A stretch of 64,000 bases of DNA, taken from NCBI GenBank assembly GCA_028534125.1, contig CM052816.1, positions 16,494,001-16,558,000 on the forward strand, read 5' to 3'. The notes under the pieces were generated by a model that had not been told where the DNA came from, made no database searches, and worked only from the letters and a program-made list of their open reading frames with translations. The position numbers were made by a program, and so were the translations under genes. Positions 26,226 through 36,379 of the stretch are shown here, piece by piece. Position 1 is the stretch's first letter; every line of letters begins with the position of its first letter. The stretch comes from Lama glama. Lineage: Eukaryota.

Positions 26226-26980
26226 TATATCTATAAAACAGTATTCAGCCTTAAAAAGGAAAGGAAATTCTGACATAAGCTACAACATGGATGAACCCTG
26301 AGGACATTATGCTAAGTGAAATAAGCTAGTCACAAAATAAGCTGGTCACAAAATAAGACAACATAATTCCACTTAAATGAGGTACCTAGAAGAGTCAAAG
26401 AAACTAAGTAGAATAGTGGCTGCCAGTGGCTGGGATAAGGGGGTAATGGAAGCTGTTGTTTAATGAGTATAGTTTTAATCTTATAAAATTAAAAGACTTC
26501 CCGAGATGCACAGTGGTGATGACTTCACATCATGAATATACTTAATATAACTGAACTGTACACTTAGAGATGGTTATGATAGTAAATGTTATGTGTATTT
26601 TATCAGAATTTTTTTAATTAAGAAAAAATAAGAAAGGTTCGGAAGAAACTTGACACATGCTAAAACATGGATGAACCTCAAAGGTATTATGCTAAGTGAA
26701 ATGAGCCAGACACAAAAGGACAAATATAAGATTCTACTTATATGATGTACCTAGAATAGGCAAATTCATAAAGAAAAAAAGTAAAACATAAGTCACCAGG
26801 GGCTGGGGACAGGACACGATGGGGAATTATTGTTTAATGGGTAGAGTTCCTGTTAAGAATAAGGAAAAGTTCTGAAAATGGACAGTGATGATGATTGCAC
26901 ATCACTGTAAATATGCTTAATGCCACAGAACTGCACACTTAAAAAGTTAAAATGGTAAGTTTTGTTACATATATTTAACT
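25140..26980 (+). mobile_element. L1MA/MB-type ORF2 3' part and 3'UTR, followed by a second L1 3' end (26641-26980)
   Basis: ORF2-like peptide DLDRHFTRDIHMANKHMKRHSTSLII...MRYHLTFIRMA. 3'UTR motif ACATGGATGAACC..ATTATGCTAAGTGAAAT occurs twice. Confidence 0.9.
26191..26221. repeat. (CA)n microsatellite
   Basis: Direct reading. Confidence 0.95.
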
Positions 26981-27176
26981 TTTTTTTTCCTTTTCAGAGT
27001 AGTAAACCTTTTGCCCCAGGTATTTCACTTTTAGAAATACGGATGGGTAAAAGATTTAGCTACAAATTAAAGCAGCCCTGGGAAGCAAACTAAATGTCCA
27101 ACAGAGGACTGAGTAAAGAAGCTACACTGGAATAGGAAGGGATTATTAATATCCTACCCTAGCATTGTGCGATTAA

Positions 27177-27260
27177 CCGTATTTCATCAGTTCTAAAGTA
27201 TACATATTTCACATTGTTAGGTCTCTATAATCTGTATGTCTTACAATTAATGGCATTTCC
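27177..27260 (+). mobile_element. Tc2/MER104-like DNA transposon fragment
   Basis: Begins CCGTATTTCATCAGTTCTAA, a Tc2-type terminus. Confidence 0.45.
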
Positions 27261-28153
27261 TTGCTTGGCAGTGTTTCTTTTTTCTTAGGGGTACATAAAA
27301 TAAAGCTTAATCTTATACTACTAACAGGGAAGATGTTCAAGTATGATTAATGGACAGCAGATTACAAAAGAGCAAATAAAGTAAAATCTAGTTTCTATAA
27401 AAGTTATAGTCAATATACATGCCTAAGAAAAATATCAAAGGAAGTACAACAAAATGTCAACAGTGTTTATCTCTAGGTGATATAAATCAGTGGTTTTATT
27501 TTTTTAAAAAACTTCAATAAAATGGATGTAAAGCCAGGCCTCCTCCATCCCCCTATCAATCTGGTACAATCCTATTTATAGCATACCTACCATAATTAAT
27601 TTAATATTTATTGAATAGTATCTGCTGTGGGTTTAGATAAGTCAGTTATCACAAAAGACTAAAAGATACAAAAGAATGTCATTGCCTTGAGGGAGCTCAG
27701 TATCTAGCAAAGGAAGTTATGGTCTAGAAGAGTGTTTCGGAAGGTAAATCAGCAACTCAATACTATGTAAATAACTGAACTAGTCCACTGGTTTTACTCT
27801 TAAACCAACTTAATATGAACAAAAAACATGTCCTGTCCAGCACTACATAACTGAAAGAATAAATGAACATTTTATCACATTAGAAGTTAAATATCCTTTA
27901 TAAGTCATCTTATATATTACATGGCTGACAAAGTTCAAATTCTCCAGCTGAGACTCACAAGATTAAAAACTCCTACAAGCAGAATATCTTCATAAATCAT
28001 CGGATAATAGACAATGACAAATTAGCAAAGCAGGAAACACCCCGCCAGACAATTGTTTGCTATGACCTTTTAAAGACCACATTTTTAAAAAATTATTTCC
28101 AGAAGCTTTCCTTCCTCACCAAGTGCTCACTGTAGTGCAGAAAAAAAGGGAAA

Positions 28154-28310
28154 GGAAGGAACTTCTGATACATGCTACAACATGGATGAAGCTAAAGGGA
28201 TTATGCTAAGTGAAATGAGCCAGACATAAAAGGACAAATGTATGATTCCACTTGCATGAGGTACCTAGAATAGGCAAATTCATAAAGAAAAAAAGCAAAA
28301 TAGAAATTTC
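28154..28310 (+). mobile_element. L1 3'UTR fragment, close copy of 26641-26790
   Basis: Shares GTACCTAGAATAGGCAAATTCATAAAGAAAAAAAG with 26747-26781. Confidence 0.8.
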
Positions 28311-28494
28311 AGAATTTCAGATAAGTTAAAGATCACTTTCAGCAAAAATGATCAACATCGCAATAGAAAAAGCCTATTAATCAGCCTTCAAATGGATAGC
28401 ATTTGTGTCAGAGAAGGATGGAGCATTCCAGAACAAATGCCTTGCAGATGCAGAGACATGCAGCAACAATTTACAATAGAAGATAAAACTAGAT

Positions 28495-28950
28495 CCATTT
28501 CCCCATCAGTCTGGAAGGATGATGTTGAGCTGTCAAGGAGAATAACTACCACAGCTTCCAGTCCTTTGACAAACCCTCAGACGTGTGGCCTTTTGGCCAA
28601 CTATGCGCGATTTCATACTGTTGGAGCATTCATTGCATCCCAGAGAGTTTCAGCTTTCTGTAAGTTTTCTGTGGCTGAACCAAAAAAGGAAGCATATACA
28701 GATTTCCACAGAAATATGATCCATAAAAGATTTTGAGGAGATAAGGAAGGTTGGTAAATTTCAGAGTGCAAAGTGATTTTGGAATGTAAAGAATTTCTCT
28801 GGGTTGAATTCAGTGGAAATTTGTCACTTAATCTGTGTTCCTGAACCATGAAACTATGACTATCTGGGTTAAGGAATAGTTTCTCTTGATAAATAAACAA
28901 TTAACAAATAAGGAAAGGAAAGGAAAAAGAAAAAAGAAGAAAAGAAAAAG
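28495..28950 (+). pseudogene. COX6C: COX6C processed pseudogene, antisense within CTNNA1 intron 1
   Basis: Intronless 28551-28776 reads (T)ASSPLTNPQTCGLLANYARFHTVGAFIASQRVSAFCKFSVAEPKKEAYTDFHRN..IKDFEEIRKVGKFQSAK*, matching COX6C (MASSALAKPQMRGLLARRLRFHIVGAF...KDFEEMRKAGIFQSAK). Start codon is decayed to ACA and 2 nt are lost near 28715-28722. AATAAA at 28892-28897, A-rich tail ~28906-28950. Confidence 0.93.
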
Positions 28951-29359
28951 AGCTGAAAAAGTAAGTTAGGGCCAGAACTTAAAAGGTACTGAATGCCAGT
29001 CTAAGAGTCTGACTAGTGCAGTAACAAGACAGCAGTAAATTTCCCCAAAGAACAGTACTGTTTATATGTAAAAGACTGATCAGTGAAGAACACAGTAAGA
29101 AATTCAACTAACTTTGGCAAACACTCATAGATAGAGCAACAATGTTTCAGATCCTCAAATTAAAAACTGAAGGGAGCAGAGGGGTGAGCAGTGACTTCAA
29201 AGGGACAAAAAGGGATTTCCAGAGTACTGGTAACTTTATTTCTTGATCTGAATGGTGGATATGGATGGTGTTCACTTAAATAATTCATTCAGGTATTCTT
29301 ATAATTTGAGTATTTTTGTACATGTATACTTAAAAAGTTTTATTAAAAATAAAGGTCTA

Positions 29360-29795
29360 CATTTGCAGCAACATAGATGGCCCCGGAGAATGTCATTCTA
29401 AGTGAAGTAAGCCAGAAAGAGAAAGAAAAATATATATCACTCCTATTTGGAATCTTTAAAAAAAAAAAAAAAAAGGACAAATGAACTTATATATAAAACA
29501 AAAGCAGACTCACAGACATAGAATACAGACTTGTGGTTGCTGGGGGGTGGGGGGAGGTGGGAAGGGATAACCTGGGAGTTCGAGATTTGCAGATACTGGT
29601 TTACATAAAATAGATAAACAAGTTTATATTGTATAGCACAAGGAAATATATTCAATATCTTGTAGTAGCTTACGGTGAAAAAGAGTATGAAAACGAACAT
29701 ATGTACATTCACGTATTATTGAAGAATTGTGCTGTACACCAGAAACTGACACAACATTGTAAACTGACTATACTTCAATTAAAAAAATTTAAAAA
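29360..29795 (+). mobile_element. Young lineage-specific L1 3' end
   Basis: CATTTGCAGCAACATAGATGG...GACACAACATTGTAAACTGACTATACTTCAATTAAAAAAA. Same family as the copy at 42578-43067. Confidence 0.9.
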
Positions 29796-31891
29796 GAGAA
29801 TATCGGGGGCGGGGGAAGGCCTAGACCCCACTTCTAAAAAATCCCCAGCTGAGAGGAAGTCATCCATAAAAATATTTACCAAACAGCACGAAAGATGCAA
29901 CCAGAGAATATGTACAAGGTACCCAAGAAGCACTGAGATCCAACAGAAAACCCAGAGGCAGTGACATTTAAGGTGGGTTTTAAAGAATACATGAGTTTGT
30001 CAGATGGGTGAGAAATAGGGTGCTCCAGACAAAGGAAAAAATAAGAAAAAGGCACCAAAGCAACAACAGAACAATTTATCCAGAGAACTACAAGTAGTTC
30101 CAATAGTTCAAAGATAAGACAATCTAGAGTGGAAGCAGAGAGAAGGGGAAAGAGGAATTTATGTAAGATAAAGACCAGATGGAGAGGATTGTATCTGATT
30201 AGATCTAGGTGGAAAGGGTAAGAATGGAATAGAGATAGTTCTCAGCTTGCCCAAAACAGCAACTTTGTATTCAAGACCCTCCAAACTGACTGTTGCCTCA
30301 TCTGTCACAGTTCTACCCACAAGCTAGGCTCCAGACAGAAAAGACTCTTTTTCCTCCTTCATTCAACATGCATCTTTTTTTTTTTTAATACCCAGGCCAG
30401 GTACAACGCCACAGGCTAAGGCTATCAGTCCCTGCCTTCAAGGCTCACTTTCTAGCAGGAAAGGCAAATAGGGATGTACACTACAATGGAATACCCCACC
30501 TGGTGAGAAGGGGTTTGCTGCTAAGAAAGTGCCAACATGAGTCTTGAGAGATGAGTAAGAGCGCCTCGTAAAAGTGACGGAATACAAATTGTATGGGGTG
30601 AGGAAGGAGCAAGGTGTATCACCGAAGAAACAACAAGAGTTCGGATAAGCCTAGGCCCCTACATCCAATCTTTATGTAAGGCCTATCTCATTTCTCCCAG
30701 TAATGGCTCCTTTTATCTCCACCACCTTCACTCCCACCATTTTCCCAGCTCAACTGGGAAAGTAGGCTTCCACTTGTACACAAATACAAGTCTTGTAAGC
30801 ACTAGCAGGAGTGATCCTCTTAAAAAGCAAATCAGATAGTGAAACTTCCTACAATGGCTTCTTACAGTTCTCATAATAAAATCCAAACATGTGATCTGGA
30901 GTTCCCTGGCAATCTCATGTGAGGCCTTCTCCACATTCCAAAAGTATTCATGCTACACAATCTTTCTCTTAGGTCTCTAAACACATAGAGTTCTTTCCTG
31001 TCTCAGGACTTTACACAAGCAGAGGACCCTGTTACCTCTGTCCAGATCTTCACCAGTACACAACCCCCCTCACCAAAACCAAGGTCTGTCTGTCATGTTT
31101 CACACTATTGTTACTTTCTCACATCCCAGAACTCTGCCAGTTACCACTGATCTCCACATTTGGGTTAGGTCTCCAGAAAAAGTTGTCTCATTTTGGTCCT
31201 ATTGAGTTTTAAAAAGCCTCCCAAAAGCAGCTCTCTAGTGCAAAGGTGACAAGGTGAGACATCTGCACTCAAAATAGACACTTCTGCTTTAGCACAAGCT
31301 TTGGACTTTAAAGTCTGATGCAGAAAAGAGAGTCTCATCTTGGAGGGACAGGGCACCTCCGACCTCTAAGTCACCATATGGTACAATACGTTACTGATGG
31401 AAGGAGGGTGATACAACACCAATGGTGTTAAGGACTGAGATACAGTGGATAGAATCTTGGATATGAATGGAGTGGGAAAGAAAAAAAAAAAAAAAGACTG
31501 AGAAGCAAGTGCAAAAAATATAAAGAAAACCAGGACAGATTTATATCACAATTGCACAAACTCCTTTACTCTTTATGCTTTCTCCAGACAAAACACTACT
31601 CCTGTTTCACCCAATTCAAATGCCCTCCAGGAAGCCCTTCAGGTCTTATCCAAACAAAACTTACCAGCTCCTTCTCCATGCCTCCACAAGTTTCTCTTAC
31701 CATTACTATTACTCAACAGTTGACCCACTGACAAGTTTCTCATCATTACTGTTAACAGCACTTAATGCCCTTGGCCTCACATGTACTACACTTGCAGTGC
31801 GTGTGTCTTCCCTATTACTCTGTGCGCTTTTAGGCTCAGAGATCATTTCTTAATCATCTTAATCATCTGTGGGCCCTTAAGAAAGTGGATA

Positions 31892-32030
31892 GGGGAGCAA
31901 GGGTATAGCTTAGTAATAAAGTGTACGCTTAGCACGCACAAGGTCTTAGGTTAAGTCCCCAATACATCCATTAAAAAATAATAATAATTAAATCAATAAA
32001 TCTAATTACCTATTCACCCTCCCCAAAACA
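31892..32030 (+). mobile_element. tRNA-derived SINE (camelid Vic-1-like)
   Basis: GGGTATAGCTTAGT...GCTTAGCACGCACAAGGTCTTAGGTTAAGTCCCC with A-rich tail. TSD AAAGTGGATA at 31882-31891 and 32031-32040. Confidence 0.9.
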
Positions 32031-33262
32031 AAAGTGGATAAAAAATATTTTTTAACCTGACATTAGTGAAAAAGGGTTAACTGGGCAAAATGTATAATTT
32101 CTTCACCCATTCCTCTTGTAAAACAAAATAACACATCCTAATCAATTTGTTTTACAAATTCGTACTTCCTTAAAGTAACCTACACCTGTACAATCTTTAA
32201 AAATCACTGCTAAACAAAATACCCTCATTGAAATGCCTATCCGGTTGCAACAATACAATGATGTAATCATTTCCTTCAACATAAATATAAAATGTCCTTA
32301 ATTTAGTTGGAGACTTAACATAACTTACTCTTTCCTAAATTATTCTAAGTTCTGTACAAAACAAACACAAAGAACATCGCAAAGACGCAGGAAGACATAA
32401 AAGGGTGTCAATCCTGGATTTGAGCCAACTGCCGCCTGCATTACTGGGAAGCCATTCCTGCCAAGCCAAGCTTAGGCATTCAGTCAACATTTCTCCCAAC
32501 AAGTGCTTCACACAAGCACACTTTTTTAAAGTCAACAAAAAATATTCCAACGCCACTCGTGAAAACCGGGACTAATCAGAGCCAAGTGCGTCCAATCAAC
32601 CAGCACAAGAAGTCTTGAATAATTTCACAACAAAAGTTAACATGGTACACGCCGAAAGTCTACACGGGCGTGGCGCCTTCCCCGCCAGTCAGAGAAAAGG
32701 ACACTCAAACTTTCACATTCGCTGGGGCAGGGACTGCCGGGGTGCGGACCCAGCGAACTTCGGTCCACCTGACCGGGAAGTTTCGGGAGCGGGGGAGCGA
32801 GGGGGGAGACCACAGAAACCACAGTCACTTCACTGGAAAACTCAACTCCCAAACACACTCGCACCGGGAACAACGCGCAGACTCTTCCCTCAAGTAGGGC
32901 GGCCGAAGGGGACCAGCGCGGGGCTGGCGCGCGCACCGAGTCCACTTGAACAAAGTTTAGAAACCGAGAGAAACTTTCCCGAGAGGAAGCGCCGCGGCGG
33001 CGCGGGGCCTGCCGCTAACTCTCCTCCAGCCGCCGCGGCCCCCCACCTTCCCGAGCGCCAGGAAGCGCCGGCCCCGCCTGCCCGACCAGAGCCCAGGACC
33101 AGGGCCCAGGCCCGGGGCCCCGCAGGAAAAGCGGGCGGGAGGCCGCACAGGCGCCGGCCTGGGGCCCGATTCCGAGCGGGGTCGTGGAGGAAACCGTGCC
33201 CCGCCCGTCCGAGGAGCCCCTCGGCCCTGCTGAGGGGCCCCCACCTGCCTGAAGAGAATTAC

Positions 33263-33355
33263 CTGCGGCGAGCGGAGAAAGCGCAGGAAGATTCCCGAAG
33301 CCCGAAGCCGACGACCGCCGCTTTGTCTTCCCCTGTCCGGCTCCGAGGAGGAAAT
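33263..33355 (-). other. CTNNA1: CTNNA1 non-coding exon 1 (5'UTR); TSS approximate
   Basis: Minus strand reads CCATTTCCTCCTCGGAGCCGGAC...GACAAAGC...CGCCGCAG|GTAATT, resembling the human CTNNA1 5'UTR as recalled. Donor GT at 33262-33261. Inr-like CCATTTC with A at 33355. Confidence 0.85.
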
Positions 33356-33371
33356 GGGCCGCCTGGCGCCC

Positions 33372-33431
33372 CCGCCCTGGGCCCGCCCCCTGCCCGCGGC
33401 CCCCGCCCTGAGGCCTGGGCCCCGCCCGCCC
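33372..33431 (-). promoter_or_regulatory. Cluster of five GC boxes (Sp/KLF) in a TATA-less core promoter; minus strand is G4-capable
   Basis: CCGCCC at 33372, 33383, 33403, 33422 and 33426, directly upstream of the Inr-like site. Confidence 0.75.
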
Positions 33432-33689
33432 TTCCCAGTACCTCCCTCCGGAGCGCTCTTCCCGGAGCCTCCCGCTGCCGTCCGGCTTTCCAGGTCCTTG
33501 CTTTGGGGGCGAGCCCCGCACCGAGAGCCTGGCGACTCCAGGCCCAGACCCCCAAAAGGACCTCTCGTTCTCGGCCCCTTACCCTAGAGTCACTTCATCC
33601 CAGGCCCCTAGTGAGTACTCAGGCTGGGAGTCAGCCCCCGAGAGGAAGGAGGAGCGCTGACTCCTGGAACAGCCCTCCAGCTGGGAACG

Positions 33690-33722
33690 CAGGTGAGTCA
33701 CCGCTCCGAGCACAGGTGAGTC
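33690..33722. promoter_or_regulatory. Paired CAGGTG E-boxes with an overlapping AP-1 site
   Basis: CAGGTGAGTC at 33690-33699 and 33713-33722. TGAGTCA at 33694-33700. Confidence 0.5.
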
Positions 33723-34188
33723 TCTTGCCCGCTCAGGCCCCACCCCTGGCTGGTGCTGCAGAGTCCTGGGCATGCTCCTCTGAGGAGTGCTACAGGTGTT
33801 TCCAAGTAACGGGCTTCCAGAAAAGTGCTCTAGGCCCACCTTCTGGTTTATAGTAGGATAAAGTGAGGCCTCACCGCTTGAGGCAAAGTGGAACTAGAAT
33901 CCGACTCTAGAGATCGCAGAATGTGCAATGGAAGCCCTCCTGGAAATTACCGAACACGGTCTGCCACTTGACAGTTGGGGAAACCGAGGGCACCCGATGG
34001 AGGACAAGAGGCATGTCACAGCAGCATCCCCTCCTGAGATTGATTGCTCCCCGCTCTACACACACTCACAGACACAAATTTGAAGAACCTGACTTCTATC
34101 CTTATCCCTCTGGCCATTTAGGGTATTTCATTCCCACTTGTCCTTCCTTATCTTCCTGGTTAATGCTCTCCAAAAAACTACAAAATTA

Positions 34189-34192
<4 letters not shown>

Positions 34193-34221
<29 letters not shown>
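34193..34221. repeat. (TA)n microsatellite
   Basis: Direct reading. Confidence 0.95.
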
Positions 34222-34393
34222 CATGTTCACTATCAGCCTGGTATAGAAAACCCTAATAAGGTATTTCGTCAACCATGGGATGATGAACAAGTTTGATTTC
34301 AGTATTGGTCTATCACTACAAATTTATCCAAAGTTAAAGGACTATGCTCCATAACTCTATATATTCATGACTTTACTTAAGGACCAGCTACTT

Positions 34394-35463
34394 TCCAAAG
34401 GAGACAACCAGATGGCCAACAAGCACGTGAAAAGATGCTGAACATCACTGTCAGAGAAATGCAAATCAAAACTATGAGGTATCATCTCACACCAGCCAGA
34501 ATGGCCATCATTAAAAAGTCTACAAACGATAAATGCTGGAGAGGGTGTAGAGAAAAAGGAAGTTTCCTACACTGCTGGTGGGAATGTAAATTAGTACAGC
34601 CACTATGGAGGACATTATAGAGGTTCCTTCAAAAAACTAAAAATAGACTTACTGTATGATCCAGTAGTCCCACTTCTGGGCATATACCCAGAGAAAAATA
34701 TAATTCAAAAAGACACATGCACCCAATGTTTATAGCAGCAGTATTTACAGTAGCCAAGACATGGAAACAACCCAAATGTCCATCAACAGATGACTGGAGA
34801 AAGAAGATGTGATAGATAGATAGGTAGATAATGGAATACTACTCAGCCATAAAAAAGAATAAAATAATGCCATTTACAGCAATATGGATGGACCTGGAGA
34901 TCATCATTCTAAGTGAAGTAAGCCAGAAAGAAAGAAAAATGCCGTATGATATTACTTATATATGGAATCTTAAGAAAAAGGACACAAATGAACTAATTAT
35001 AACAGATGATTGAGCAGAGGGCATGGCTCAAGTGATAGAGTGCATGCTTAGCACGTATGAAGTCATGGGTTGAATCCCCAGTACCTCCTCTAAAAAAATA
35101 AATAAATGTAATTACCTCCTCCCCACCCAAGCCAAAAAGAATTAAAAAATAATACAATAATATAACAGATGATTGATTTCTTGATTACATGGAAGCATCT
35201 TTGACTGTCCTTTATGATTGGACTACTGCATTCTGTTGATTCTTATTTTGTGGTTGGCTTTATTTCTTTGATAACTTTGTAAGTTTAAAAAGCTAAAGCT
35301 ATAAACTTCTTAGAAACAATAAACAGTACATATACGTAAATTTTTTAAAGTATGTACAGAATATTGTATATATGTATTTACATGCAATATATTGTATATG
35401 GGCAAATTACATCAATTTTACCTAGTAAAACTGAAAAATGAAAAAATTAATTAAATAAAATAA
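34394..35463 (+). mobile_element. L1 insertion (ORF2 3' end to ~34997) with an atypical 3' segment and a nested SINE
   Basis: ORF2 peptides [32 protein letters not shown] and MEYYSAIKKNKIMPF. 15-bp TSD AAGGACCAGCTACTT at 34379-34393 and 35464-35478. Confidence 0.9.
35014..35160 (+). mobile_element. tRNA-derived SINE (Vic-1-like)
   Basis: GCTCAAGTGATAGAGTGCATGCTTAGCAC...GGGTTGAATCCCCAGTACCTCC. TSD TATAACAGATGATTGA at 34998-35013 and 35161-35176. Confidence 0.92.
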
Positions 35464-35577
35464 AAGGACCAGCTACTTAATTTGTGAGGCTCCTTATTCA
35501 AAAATTACTAGCAATTTCAAGACAGCAACAGTGGAGAACATTAAACCAAGCATGGGGACTTTCTAAGCATGGGGACT
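35464..35577 (+). mobile_element. MER91A-like hAT-Tip100 MITE remnant (target of the L1)
   Basis: CCAGCTACTTAATTTGTG...TTCAAAAATTACTAGCAATTTCAAGAC...ATTAAACCAAGCATGGGG. Confidence 0.6.
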
Positions 35578-35970
35578 TGCTATAAACTTTGTGTCCTCCA
35601 AAATTAATATGTTGAAAACCTAATGCCCTAGGTGATGGTATTAGGAGATGGGGCTTTTGGTGGTGATTAGGTCATGAGGGCAGAGCCCTCATGAATGGAA
35701 TTTGTGCCCTTACAGAGGAGGCCCCAGAAAGATTTCTTGCCTTTTATGCCCTGTGTGGACACTGCAAGAAGGCTCTGACTATAACCAGGAAAAGAGCTCT
35801 CACCAGAACATGATGATGCTGGTGCCTTGATTTTGGACTTTCGAGCCTCCAGAACTGTAAGAAATAAATTTATTTCTGAAAATTCTGAAATTTCTGATAA
35901 TTAAATTCTGTTGTTTATAAGCTACTCATCCTGTTGTATTTTGTGATAGCAGCCCAAACTGACTAAGACA
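35578..35970 (+). mobile_element. MLT1A-like MaLR solo LTR
   Basis: TGCTAT...TGTGTCCTCCAAAATT...GCCTCCAGAACTGTAAGAAATAAAT...AGCAGCCCAAACTGACTAAGACA. Confidence 0.85.
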
Positions 35971-36379
35971 GGCCCTAAAGATGAAAGTGCAGATTTGTTT
36001 GAGTAAGAGAAGAGTCAAGTGACAGAAAAAAAGATGATGAGAGACTTGCAGTGTGCTCTTTAAGCTAAGGGGAATCAGTTCCTGACCTCTCAAAAACCTT
36101 TAAAAGCTTACTAAGGGTAACTTGAGCATTCACTATGTCCCAGGCACTTGCTATGTGCTGGAGAAACAGCAGTGAATAAAACTGACTTGATCCCTGTTCT
36201 CACACAATTTAAAATGTAGTGGAAGAGACAGGTATTAAAACAGGTAAACTATTAAAAAAAAATCAAATGTGAAGATACGGAAGTGATACAAGCAGATTTA
36301 GGGGGAAGTTAACCTAGTCTGGAGTTCAGTGACCTAAGATGGTGACCTTTATGTGGTGACCCACTCCAGTCAGACTTTA

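Larger units (their letters stand above)
32630..33740. promoter_or_regulatory. CTNNA1: CpG island / CTNNA1 promoter
   Basis: Sharp rise in GC and CpG density against AT-rich, CpG-poor flanks. It surrounds exon 1. Confidence 0.93.

Noticed and set aside
32615..33853. 412-aa ORF and overlapping ORFs across the CpG island
   Set aside because: Pro/Arg/Ala/Gly-rich, non-ATG start, no recognisable domain. Long open frames are expected in stop-poor GC-rich DNA.
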